A DNA stretch of 64,000 bases from Acidimicrobiales bacterium (GCA_965117015.1 OZ220747.1:457812-521811), one strand, 5' to 3'. Shown: positions 18,783-27,549, numbered from the stretch's first letter. A program made the numbers and translations. Notes: generated by a model not told the origin, from the letters alone.

Positions 18783-20198
18783 ATGAGCCTGACGGCGCTC
18801 GATGACACCGCCGTTGCGGCGGACCGAGTCACGGCGGGCGCACACGACCCCAAGGCCTTGGCCGCTACGCCCCTCCAGCCGCCGGACAGGATCGAACTGC
18901 GCGAGTACGGCCGCGCGGTGCTGCCGCTGACCGACGAGCAGGCTGCCACGCTCAATCGGGTGGGCGGTGGGCAGTACCTGTCGGTTGAGCCGGGTGAGCA
19001 CTCGGGGCGCTGGCAAGTGTCTGCCCACAACTACGTCGGGTCGATCAATGTGACGGGGTTGCAGCTGCTGGTGCGGCCGAAAATCCCGTTGCGCAACCTT
19101 TTCTTGCTGCTCGAAGTGGGGCTGCGCGAGCGGGACTGGCATGACGAGGCCGTCCGCTTCGAGACCACCGGCGACCTGCTGCCCGCTCTCATTTCGTTCT
19201 TCGCCCGCACCACCGAGACCACCCTCGCCCGCGGGCTGTACCACTCCTACCGGGAGCAGCACGACCGGCTCGTCGCCCTGCGGGGACGCGTTGACATCGC
19301 CCGGCAGTTCACTCAGCCCGGCGTTGCCATACCCACAGCCTGCAGGTTCACGGAGTTCACTGCCGACCTGGTCGAGAACTCCTATCTGAAGGCGGCCGTG
19401 TCCCGATCACTGAGGGTGGCCGGCGTGCAGGCCATCGACCGTCGCCGGCTCATGCAGCACCTCGTCACCCTCGAAGACGTTGGCGACGTAAGGCATCATC
19501 ACACCGACCACGAGCGCGTCATGTTCAGCCGCCTCAACGAGCACTACAGGCCCGCGCTGCGGCTGGCTCGGCTCGTGCTGGCCAACCTGACGCTTCAAGA
19601 CGTTCTCGGCGAGACGCAGGCATCGTCGTTCATGCTCGACATGAACGAACTCTTCGAGCGCTTCGTCACCGAGCGCTTGCGGCGGGCGCTACGGGGCCGC
19701 CTCGACGTCAAGGGCCAGCACCAGGACCGACTCGACAAGGAGCGCTACATCACCATCAAGCCCGACCTGCTGTTCAGCGCGAACGGCCAACCGAGGTTCG
19801 TGGCCGACATCAAGTACAAACTCACCGACGACACGGCCGCTGGCCGCAACGCCGACTACTACCAGTTGCTGGCCTACACCACCGCGCTCGGCCTGCCCGA
19901 AGGCGTCCTCATCTACTGCCTGGACGCCAACCGTGCCGACGACTCCGACAGCGACGGAGCGTCGGCCACCACTTCCCGGCCCGAGAGTTCCCTGCCCGCC
20001 GAAGGCACACCCGACGACAGCCTTCCAGGCCTGCGGTCGATACAGGTCCGCAACGTTGGGAAGGTGCTCCACACCTACGCGTTGGACATGTCCGGCACCA
20101 CCGAGGATGTCGCCCGCAACTTGGACAGGCTCGCCGACTGGATCGAGGACCGGGCCGCAGCGACTCTGGGAGTGGGCGAACCTGCCCACGGGAGCTAG
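18783..20198 (+). CDS. mcrC: McrC-family nuclease subunit (PD-(D/E)xK)
   Basis: 471 aa. IELREYG...YVGSINVTGLQLLVRPKI N-terminal McrC pattern. IKPDLLF...FVADIKYKL nuclease motif. Confidence 0.85.
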   Translation: MSLTALDDTAVAADRVTAGAHDPKALAATPLQPPDRIELREYGRAVLPLTDEQAATLNRVGGGQYLSVEPGEHSGRWQVSAHNYVGSINVTGLQLLVRPKIPLRNLFLLLEVGLRERDWHDEAVRFETTGDLLPALISFFARTTETTLARGLYHSYREQHDRLVALRGRVDIARQFTQPGVAIPTACRFTEFTADLVENSYLKAAVSRSLRVAGVQAIDRRRLMQHLVTLEDVGDVRHHHTDHERVMFSRLNEHYRPALRLARLVLANLTLQDVLGETQASSFMLDMNELFERFVTERLRRALRGRLDVKGQHQDRLDKERYITIKPDLLFSANGQPRFVADIKYKLTDDTAAGRNADYYQLLAYTTALGLPEGVLIYCLDANRADDSDSDGASATTSRPESSLPAEGTPDDSLPGLRSIQVRNVGKVLHTYALDMSGTTEDVARNLDRLADWIEDRAAATLGVGEPAHGS

Positions 20199-20632
20199 TC
20201 GACTGGGTTTCCGTCGATCTCTACGCGTTGGCGGCGTAGCACCATGCGGGTGATCTGCCAGCGTCCGTCGATTCGCTCGTACTCCTCCTCGTACCAGCCT
20301 GCGCCCCAGAGCGTTCGGACCGGGCTCCCCTCGGGGAACCAGATGCGGTCCTCCATCGCCCACACGCCCGAAGCGCTGTCGGGACCGGTCATCTCGATCT
20401 CCTCGTTGTGACCGTGATGCACGGTGACCGCACCGTGCAGGATCTTCGACACCGTGGCGATGAAGCTGTCGCGGCTGCTGTAGACGCCGCGACTTGAGCC
20501 GCTCACGGTGCTGCTTGAGACATCGATCTGGGCGTCCGGAGAGAACACGTCGCCGACGCCCTGCCAGTCCTGCTGGTCGAGCATGCGGAAGTAGCGCGCC
20601 TTGAGCCTGCGGATCTCCTCGATGGCTTCCAT
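20195..20632 (-). CDS. SnoaL-like / NTF2-like fold protein
   Basis: Last 145 codons of the 390-aa track ORF: MEAIEEIRRLKARYFRMLDQQDWQGVGDVF...WYEEEYERIDGRWQITRM, typical of the SnoaL_4 family. Confidence 0.75.
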   Translation of the reverse strand: MEAIEEIRRLKARYFRMLDQQDWQGVGDVFSPDAQIDVSSSTVSGSSRGVYSSRDSFIATVSKILHGAVTVHHGHNEEIEMTGPDSASGVWAMEDRIWFPEGSPVRTLWGAGWYEEEYERIDGRWQITRMVLRRQRVEIDGNPVD

Positions 20633-20776
20633 GGACCCGCCGTCGCCGTCGCCTGGCGGGACACGGTCGGCCTTCGTGCTCACGGGCCCCACCGTAACCC
20701 GCCCCGCCGCGCACGCCCGACGGGTCTGGCAGGATTGCGGTCCGCAAGACCGCAACGAACCAAGGAGATGCGGCCG

Positions 20777-21469
20777 ATGGGTGAGATGGTGGAGTTCGCT
20801 GCCAATGGATCGACGGCGCGGGGCTATGTGGCGGCTGCGGCCGGGGGTTCGGGCCCTGGTGTGATCGTGCTGCAGGAGTGGTGGGGGCTGGTGCCGCAGA
20901 TCAAGGGTGTGTGCGACCTGCTCGCCGACGAGGGGTTCACCGCTCTGGCGCCCGACCTGTACCAGGGCGAGATGGCCACCCACACCGAGATGGACAAGGC
21001 CGGCGAGCTGATGACCAGCCTGCCGCCGGAGCGGGCCGCACGCGACATGTCCGCCGCCATCGACTACCTGTTGGGCCACGACGCCTGCTCCTCGTCCACC
21101 GTGGGCGTCACCGGCTTCTGCATGGGCGGGCTGCTCACCCTGCGCATCGCCGCTATCGCCGGCGACCGGGTGTCGGCTGCGGCCCCGTTCTACGGCGCGC
21201 CCCTCGGCGACGACTCGCTCGACTGGAGCAACCTCAGCGCCAAGGTTGAGGGCCACTTCGCGGCCAGCGACGACTTCTTCCCGCCCGACGCCTGCGAGGC
21301 GCTCGCCCAGCAGCTCCGCGACTTGGGCAAGGACGTCGTCTTCCACACCTACGACGGCACCGGCCACGGGTTCGGCAACTGGGAGGACCCCCTCGGCACC
21401 TACAACGAGAAGGCCTGGAACACCGCTTGGTCCCGCACCCTCGCCCTGCTGCGCGCCAACGTGACGTGA
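20777..21469 (+). CDS. dienelactone hydrolase family protein
   Basis: GVIVLQEWWGLVPQIKGVCDLLADEGFTALAPDLY...GFCMGG...GTGHGF. AAGGAG (20762-67) lies 9 nt before ATG 20777. Confidence 0.85.
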   Translation: MGEMVEFAANGSTARGYVAAAAGGSGPGVIVLQEWWGLVPQIKGVCDLLADEGFTALAPDLYQGEMATHTEMDKAGELMTSLPPERAARDMSAAIDYLLGHDACSSSTVGVTGFCMGGLLTLRIAAIAGDRVSAAAPFYGAPLGDDSLDWSNLSAKVEGHFAASDDFFPPDACEALAQQLRDLGKDVVFHTYDGTGHGFGNWEDPLGTYNEKAWNTAWSRTLALLRANVT

Positions 21470-21501
21470 TCAGGCCGTGACGGGAACCTGAGGTATCGCT
21501 C

Positions 21502-22338
21502 CTAGTAGGCCTCGGGCACGAACGTCTGGTCCGAGATCGGCGGTCTCACGTAGCCCACCCCGGACTGGCGCTCAGGCAGCTCCACGTCCTCCCACGCCAC
21601 AGTCTCGTACGGGATCATCGACAGCAGGTGCGTGATGCAGTTGAGCCGGGCCCTCTTCTTGGAGTCGGCGTCGACCACGTACCACGGGGCCTGCTTGATG
21701 TCGGTGTGGGCGAACAGGGTGTCCTTGGCCTTGGAGAAGTCCACCCACCGGGCCCGACCCTGCACATCCATGGGCGACAGCTTCCAGCGCTTTAGCGGGT
21801 CCGCGATCCGGCTCTGGAACCGCCGCTCCTGCTCGGCGTCACTAACCGAGAACCAGTACTTGATCAGGATGATCCCCGACCGCACCAGCATCCGTTCGAA
21901 CTCGGGACACGATCGGAGGAACTCCTTGTACTCCTCCTCGGTGCAGAACCCCATCACCGGCTCGACGAGACCGCGGTTGTACCAACTGCGGTCGAACAGC
22001 ACCATCTCCCCCGCCGCGGGCAGCTCGGCCACATAGCGCTGGAACCACCACTGGGTCTTCTCGCGGTCGCTGGGCGTGCCCAGGGCCACCACCCGCGCAA
22101 CCCGGGGGTTCAGCCGCTCGGTGATCCGCTTGATGACCCCGCCCTTTCCGGCCGCGTCGCGGCCCTCGAAGATCACCACCACCTTCAGTCCCTTGTGACG
22201 GATCCAGCGCTGGAGCCGCACCAGTTCCTCCTGCAGGCGGCTCAGCTCCCGCTCGTAGTCCCTGTTCTTGATCTTCTTGCGCTCGGCGGGAGCCTCATCG
22301 CCCGACTGTGCGTCACCGAGGGTCACATCAACGCTCAT
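21502..22338 (-). CDS. ppk2: polyphosphate kinase 2
   Basis: VVIFEGRDAAGKGGVIKRITERLNPR...FDRSWYNR. Start at the internal ATG 22338 of the track ORF. Confidence 0.9.
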   Translation of the reverse strand: MSVDVTLGDAQSGDEAPAERKKIKNRDYERELSRLQEELVRLQRWIRHKGLKVVVIFEGRDAAGKGGVIKRITERLNPRVARVVALGTPSDREKTQWWFQRYVAELPAAGEMVLFDRSWYNRGLVEPVMGFCTEEEYKEFLRSCPEFERMLVRSGIILIKYWFSVSDAEQERRFQSRIADPLKRWKLSPMDVQGRARWVDFSKAKDTLFAHTDIKQAPWYVVDADSKKRARLNCITHLLSMIPYETVAWEDVELPERQSGVGYVRPPISDQTFVPEAY

Positions 22339-22384
22339 GAACCCGACAATAGTGCCAATAGTGCAGACAGCACACTGCGAACTC

Positions 22385-24007
22385 GTGCGGAGGCTGCACA
22401 ATGGGGGCGTGGAATCTCAGCCGGACGGAAGCCCCCGCTCGTTCACGACGATGTCTGGCGTGCCCGTGGACGCCGTGTACGGCGAGGGACCGATGCCCGG
22501 GGAGTTCCCCTACACGCGGGGGATCTACCCGGAGATGTACCGCAGCCGGTTGTGGACGATGCGGATGTTCGCAGGGTTCGGCACTGCGGTGGACACCAAC
22601 GGCCGCTTCAAGGAGATCCTGCGCCACGGCGGCACCGGTCTGTCCACCGCGTTCGACATGCCCACGCTGATGGGACGCGACTCCGACGACGAGGTGTGGT
22701 CCGCCGGTGAGGTCGGCCGGGCCGGGGTGGCCGTCGACACCCTCGCCGACATGGAGGACCTGTTCGCCGACATTGATCTGGGCTCGGTGTCGACCTCGAT
22801 GACCATCAACGGTCCCGCCATCGTGGCTCTTGCCCAGTACATCGCGGTCGCCGACAAGGCCGGCGTGGATCGGGCCGCCCTGTCGGGCACGATCCAGAAC
22901 GACATCCTCAAGGAGTACCAGGCCCAGAAGGAGTACATCTTCCCGCCGCGGCCGTCGATGCGCATCGTCACCGACATGATGCGCTTCACCACCGCGGGGA
23001 TGCCCCGGTGGCATCCGGTGTCGATCTCGGGCTACCACATCCGCGAGGCCGGCTCCACCGCCGCGCAGGAACTCGGCTTCACGTTGGCCAACGGCTTCGC
23101 CTACGTGGAGGCGGCCCAGGCCGCCGGCCTCGACGTGGACGACTTCGCGGGCAGGCTCAGCTTCTTCTTCAACAGCCACAGCGACTTCTTCGAGGAGATC
23201 GGCAAGTACCGGGCCGCGCGGCGGATCTGGGCCACCTGGATGAGACAGCGCTACGGCGCGACCGCGGAACGCAGCCTGATGTGCCGGTTCCACACCCAGA
23301 CCGCGGGGGTGTCGCTCACCGCTCAGCAGCCCGAGATCAACATCGCCCGGGTGGCGCTGCAGGCGCTGGCCGGCGCTTTGGGCGGCACCCAGTCGCTGCA
23401 CACCGACGCCTACGACGAGGCCATGGCGCTACCGACCGAGAAGGCGGCTCGCATCGCCTTGCGCACCCAGCAGATCGTGGCCCATGAGACCGGGGTGGCC
23501 AATGTCGCCGACCCGCTGGGCGGCTCGGCCTACGTCGAGTGGATGACCGACGAGATGGAGCGTCGCGCCACTGAGATCTTCGACCACCTGCTGGAGTTGG
23601 GCGGCGGCTCCATCCTCGAGGGCGTCTACGAAGGCATCGACAACGGCTATTTCGTGGGCCAGATCGCCGACTCCGCCTACCGGTTCGAGCGCGAGGTCAA
23701 CGACGGCACCCGCATCATCGTCGGCGTCAACGCGTTCACCGAAGGCGACGACGGCGAGAAGAACCTGCTGAGGATCGAACAGGACACCGAGGACCTGCAG
23801 CTCAAGCGTCTCGCCGCGGTCAAGCAGCAACGAGACGACGCGGCGGTGCGCAGCACTCTGGAGGCCGTACGGGGCGCCGCGCGGGATCCAGAAGCCAACC
23901 TCGTGCCGCCGATCATCGAAGCAGTGAGCGCCTACGCCACCGAGGGCGAGATCTGCGACGCCCTGGCCGATGTGTTCGGCCGCTACACCGAACCAGCCAT
24001 CGTGTAA
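22385..24007 (+). CDS. B12-dependent acyl-CoA mutase large (substrate-binding) subunit, isobutyryl-CoA-mutase-like
   Basis: FPYTRGIYPEMYRSRLWTMRMFAGFGT...GTIQNDILKEYQAQKEYIFPP. Start uncertain (GTG 22385 or ATG 22451); the track start 22268 overlaps ppk2. Confidence 0.85.
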   Translation: MRRLHNGGVESQPDGSPRSFTTMSGVPVDAVYGEGPMPGEFPYTRGIYPEMYRSRLWTMRMFAGFGTAVDTNGRFKEILRHGGTGLSTAFDMPTLMGRDSDDEVWSAGEVGRAGVAVDTLADMEDLFADIDLGSVSTSMTINGPAIVALAQYIAVADKAGVDRAALSGTIQNDILKEYQAQKEYIFPPRPSMRIVTDMMRFTTAGMPRWHPVSISGYHIREAGSTAAQELGFTLANGFAYVEAAQAAGLDVDDFAGRLSFFFNSHSDFFEEIGKYRAARRIWATWMRQRYGATAERSLMCRFHTQTAGVSLTAQQPEINIARVALQALAGALGGTQSLHTDAYDEAMALPTEKAARIALRTQQIVAHETGVANVADPLGGSAYVEWMTDEMERRATEIFDHLLELGGGSILEGVYEGIDNGYFVGQIADSAYRFEREVNDGTRIIVGVNAFTEGDDGEKNLLRIEQDTEDLQLKRLAAVKQQRDDAAVRSTLEAVRGAARDPEANLVPPIIEAVSAYATEGEICDALADVFGRYTEPAIV

Positions 24008-24023
24008 CTGGGCCGAGCCGAAC

Positions 24024-24458
24024 ATGATCCAACCCGCAGCAGCGACCGGAAACGGAACCCCGATACGGGTGGTGCTGGCCAAGCTTGGCCTCGACGGCCA
24101 CGACCGGGGCCTCAAGGTGGTGGCCCGAATGCTGCGCGACGCCGGCATGGAAGTCGTCTACCTCGGCCTGCGCCAGACCACCGACACGGTGATCGCCGCA
24201 GTCGAACAGGAGGATGCAGACGTGATCGGCCTTTCGATGCACAACGCCGGCCATCTCGCGCTCGCCCCGCGCATAATGCAAGCCCTCACCGATGCCGACC
24301 TCGACTTGCCAGTAGTGATCGGCGGGATCGTCCCCGAGGCTGACGTGCAGACGCTCAAGGAGATCGGCATCAGCGCGGTGCTCCACCCCGGCGCGTCGGC
24401 GGTGGAAGTCGCCGAGGCAGTCCGCGACTCGCTCGGCGACCGGCCGGTCCCCGACTAA
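24024..24458 (+). CDS. acyl-CoA mutase small subunit (cobalamin-binding domain)
   Basis: IRVVLAKLGLDGHDRGLKVVARMLRDAGMEVVYLG (DxHxxG B12-binding motif). Confidence 0.85.
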   Translation: MIQPAAATGNGTPIRVVLAKLGLDGHDRGLKVVARMLRDAGMEVVYLGLRQTTDTVIAAVEQEDADVIGLSMHNAGHLALAPRIMQALTDADLDLPVVIGGIVPEADVQTLKEIGISAVLHPGASAVEVAEAVRDSLGDRPVPD

Positions 24459-24470
24459 GTCTGGGAATCG

Positions 24471-25433
24471 GTGACCGAAACCGGCGATCTGCTGGAGCGT
24501 GCCGTTGCGGGCGAGCGGCGGGCGCTCGGCCGGCTGCTCAGCCTGGTGGAGCACGGCGGCGCGCCCGCCGACGAGATCGCGGAACTGGTCCACGGCCGGG
24601 CCAACGGCAAGGCCGCCGTGATCGGCATCACCGGCGCTCCCGGCACGGGCAAGTCCACACTGGTGGGACACCTGCTCAACCAAATGGCCGGTGAGGGACG
24701 CCAACCCGCGGTTCTGGCCGTCGATCCGTCCTCCCCACTCACCGGCGGCGCAATTCTCGGCGACCGCATCCGCATGGACGGAGTGGCCGCCGGCCGTGCG
24801 TTCATCCGCTCGATGGCCACCCGCGGTCACGCGGGCGGGTTGGCGCTGGCCGTGCCGGCATCCCTCCGAGTCTTCGAGGCATGCGGTTACGGGCCCCTGG
24901 TGATCGAGACCGTGGGTGTGGGCCAAGTAGAGGTGGACGTAACCCGCACCGCCGACACCACGGTGGTGATGGTGGCGCCCGGAATGGGCGACGCCGTGCA
25001 GGCCAACAAGGCCGGCCTCCTGGAGGTAGCCGACGTGCTGGTGGTCAACAAGGCCGACCGCCCCGGCGCCGACGACACCCGCCGCGATCTAGAGCACATG
25101 CTCGACCTAAGCCGCATCACCGGCCAGACGCGGGATTGGCGCCCCAAAATCATCATGACCACCGCCACCACCGGCACCGGAGCGGACGAGGTCCAGACAG
25201 CCATCCAAGCCCACCAAGCCCACCTGGCCAACACAGGCCAGCGAGAAACCCGCCGCCAATCAAGGATCCACCAAGAAGTCCTAGACCGAGTAACCCAGCA
25301 CCTAGGCAACAAGGCGTCGCAGTACCTGAGCACGAATCCAGATGCACTGCGAGAGGCGCTCAACGGCGACAGAACGCCGGCCGCCACCGCGGCCAAGATC
25401 AGCAAGCACCTATTGAGCAACCAGCCCCCCTAG
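24471..25433 (+). CDS. meaB: methylmalonyl/isobutyryl-CoA mutase-associated G-protein chaperone
   Basis: 320 aa. GITGAPGTGKSTLV P-loop, VETVGVGQ, VVNKAD. Follows the mutase subunits. Confidence 0.9.
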   Translation: MTETGDLLERAVAGERRALGRLLSLVEHGGAPADEIAELVHGRANGKAAVIGITGAPGTGKSTLVGHLLNQMAGEGRQPAVLAVDPSSPLTGGAILGDRIRMDGVAAGRAFIRSMATRGHAGGLALAVPASLRVFEACGYGPLVIETVGVGQVEVDVTRTADTTVVMVAPGMGDAVQANKAGLLEVADVLVVNKADRPGADDTRRDLEHMLDLSRITGQTRDWRPKIIMTTATTGTGADEVQTAIQAHQAHLANTGQRETRRQSRIHQEVLDRVTQHLGNKASQYLSTNPDALREALNGDRTPAATAAKISKHLLSNQPP

Positions 25434-25506
25434 ACAACTCAGAGCGATCCACCTGCCGCAGGAGAGACGCGGCCGGCGAGGCCGGGGGGTGGCGCCGGGT
25501 CCGGGC

Positions 25507-25536
25507 GGTCGACAATGGGGCGAAGCCCCGTCGACC
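25507..25536. terminator. hairpin between convergent meaB and the J-domain gene (possible bidirectional terminator)
   Basis: GGTCGAC-aat-GGGG-cgaag-CCCC-GTCGACC read directly. No clear U-tract. Confidence 0.3.
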
Positions 25537-25585
25537 GGACGGACCCTGCGACAGGACCCGCCGGCCGGGAGGGCAATGCCCTTGA

Positions 25586-26314
25586 CTACCGCGCCAGGAG
25601 GATCCGACGAGCCTCGCTCAACTCCGCAATGCGATCGGCAGCCTCAGCCGAGGCCGCGCCGAGATCGGGATGAGCGGCTCGCAGTGCCTCCCGGAACCCG
25701 CGCCGGACCGCGGCCTGCTCGGGCGGCTCGACCTCGCGGTCGAACCCCAGGACTTCCAGTGCCCAACCGACGGGATCAGCCACCGCTCGGGCCGGCCTCG
25801 ACGCCCGCCGACCGGCCGCCAGGTATGCGAACAGCGCCGGACCCAGGTCGCCTCGCCACGCCAGACCCCTCCGAACTGCCCGGAGGGCCTCGGCGCGGAC
25901 CGCAGGACCGGCCAGGCCCGCCGCGTAGGCGGAACCCAGGACGAGCTGGCTTGCGGTAGCCCGCGACCCGTCGAACTCACAGGTCAGGTCTTCGGGGGTG
26001 CCGTCGCCGTTAGCCCCGTAGAGCCTCTGCCGGCTGCGAGTCAGGCCGACCCGGTCGCGCTGCAAGCGGTGGCGCAACCGGGGTTGAGCCACAGAGCGTC
26101 CCTGCTCCAACTCGTGGACGAGCTCCATGACCTCCCCCAGCCGATCGGGGGTGAGGTCGGGCCCGAAGTGAGCGCATACTGCACCCACCAGCAAGCCGCC
26201 GAAACCGGGGCCTGAGCCATCAGGCGAGGCAGGAAGCCACACCCGGCCCACTGCGATCCGGCGGGTGGGGGCTATCGGTCTGGAGTGGAAGATCTCCAGC
26301 TCGGCCAGCAGCAC
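25586..26314 (-). CDS. hypothetical protein with C-terminal J-domain (HPD motif)
   Basis: 242 aa. C-terminus ALEVLGFDREVEPPEQAAVRRGFREALRAAHPDLG..AADRIAELSEARRILL fits the DnaJ J-domain helix II-HPD-helix III pattern. N-terminal 170 aa unassigned. Confidence 0.6.
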   Translation of the reverse strand: MLLAELEIFHSRPIAPTRRIAVGRVWLPASPDGSGPGFGGLLVGAVCAHFGPDLTPDRLGEVMELVHELEQGRSVAQPRLRHRLQRDRVGLTRSRQRLYGANGDGTPEDLTCEFDGSRATASQLVLGSAYAAGLAGPAVRAEALRAVRRGLAWRGDLGPALFAYLAAGRRASRPARAVADPVGWALEVLGFDREVEPPEQAAVRRGFREALRAAHPDLGAASAEAADRIAELSEARRILLAR

Positions 26315-26355
26315 CAGGCCAAGCTAGCGGGTGAGGAATCCTGGCGACCCCGTCG

Positions 26356-27549
26356 TCAAGCGCTCGTGGCGCTGGCCGGGTCGGTCGGAGTCTCCGTGAG
26401 CCCGGGCTCCAGCTCCTCGAGAAAGCCCTGCAGCCCGTCGAAGAAGCCTCCCAGGCCGAAGTCCTCCAGCATCTCCAGCATCTGTTCGATCTGGGCGCGT
26501 TCTTCGTCGGACAGCTGGTCGAGGTCGGCGATGCACTCCTCCTGCTCCTCGCCCAGTTGGAAGCAGAGGCCGTCGCCGGTCCCATCGCCTCGGAACCGGA
26601 AACCCCGGTCACCGCGGTCGAGCCGTTCCTCAAGGAACTCTTCGAGATCGAACGGCGGCTCCTCCCCCGAGAACCGCTCACCGAAGAACTCTTCCAGATC
26701 GAACGGCACGCCGTCCCTGAACGGCCAAACATCCTCGAAAGGCCCACCGTCGCGATCCCACGGAATGAGGCCGGGACCGAACGGCCGCTGACGACCCTGG
26801 AAGGGCCACTCCTCGCCTCCCATGCCGTAGAAGGGGAACACGTCCTGGGGGAGCTTCCGGTACCTGAAGTAGCCGCCCTCGTCGCCGGGCTTGAAATCCG
26901 GCCACTCGGCTCCCGGCGCCTTGCAGACCAGGATCGTGACCGCGTTCTCGCCGCTGCCGAAGCGGTGGATCGTGGTGCAGCCTTCGGCCGCATCCGCCTG
27001 GTCCGGCTCACTCCCGTCGGCCTCCTTGCTGCCGTATCTCTCCTCGCGTTCGTCGCCGAGGCCGCGCTTGTCGCGCTCGGCCCGCTTGCCCCTGTCGCGG
27101 TCGAAGCGTTCGCCGCGCTCGCGGTCGAAACGCTCAGCGCGGCGCTCTGCCCGTTCGCCCCGGTCGCGGTCCGCGCGAGGCCCCCAGTCGCGCTCCGCGC
27201 CACGCAACTCCTCGGGGGCGATGGACGTCGCGTAGTCCTCGTAGCAGCAGGCGTCGTAGTCATCGTCACCGTCGACGATGGCCGAGATGGCCCACACCGC
27301 GCCGGTGATGGCCGCTGCGCTGGCCAGAACCGCGCCCGCAACCACGGCAGCTACCCGGGCCGTACGCCACCGAGGCTGGCTCGCACTCGTGCTGCCGCCA
27401 TCCTGGGCGCTGGTCTCGGCTGCCGCTTCCTCGGCCGGAGCCGCGTCCTCGATAGAGGTGCCTTCAACGGGCACGTCCTCGGCGGGCGCGTCCTCGACGG
27501 GTGTGTCTTCTGCTGGAGCGTCTTCTACTGGAACGTCTTCGTCGGCCAT
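26356..27549 (-). CDS. hypothetical single-pass membrane protein, extremely acidic/aromatic, repeat-rich
   Basis: 397 aa. N-terminal (V/T)PVEDAPAED repeats, TM helix VAAVVAGAVLASAAAITGAVWAISAIV, ERFDRERG repeats, PFDLEEF x2. GC-rich third positions support coding; the two alternative frames look artefactual. Confidence 0.55.
   Translation of the reverse strand: MADEDVPVEDAPAEDTPVEDAPAEDVPVEGTSIEDAAPAEEAAAETSAQDGGSTSASQPRWRTARVAAVVAGAVLASAAAITGAVWAISAIVDGDDDYDACCYEDYATSIAPEELRGAERDWGPRADRDRGERAERRAERFDRERGERFDRDRGKRAERDKRGLGDEREERYGSKEADGSEPDQADAAEGCTTIHRFGSGENAVTILVCKAPGAEWPDFKPGDEGGYFRYRKLPQDVFPFYGMGGEEWPFQGRQRPFGPGLIPWDRDGGPFEDVWPFRDGVPFDLEEFFGERFSGEEPPFDLEEFLEERLDRGDRGFRFRGDGTGDGLCFQLGEEQEECIADLDQLSDEERAQIEQMLEMLEDFGLGGFFDGLQGFLEELEPGLTETPTDPASATSA

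Noticed and set aside
18455-19030. 191-aa minus-strand ORF inside the McrBC locus
   Set aside because: It is antisense to the small ORF and the mcrC 5' end, with low-complexity A/S/R-rich sequence. The plus-strand reading has better codon bias and fits the operon.
14139-20198. Calling the lower-GC island an integrated mobile element or prophage remnant
   Set aside because: I found no integrase, transposase, recombinase, flanking direct repeats or adjacent tRNA. It is therefore described only as a likely horizontally acquired island.
20195-21367. 390-aa minus-strand ORF taken at face value
   Set aside because: Only the last 145 codons (from ATG 20632) look like a real SnoaL-like protein. The upstream part is antisense to the dienelactone hydrolase gene.
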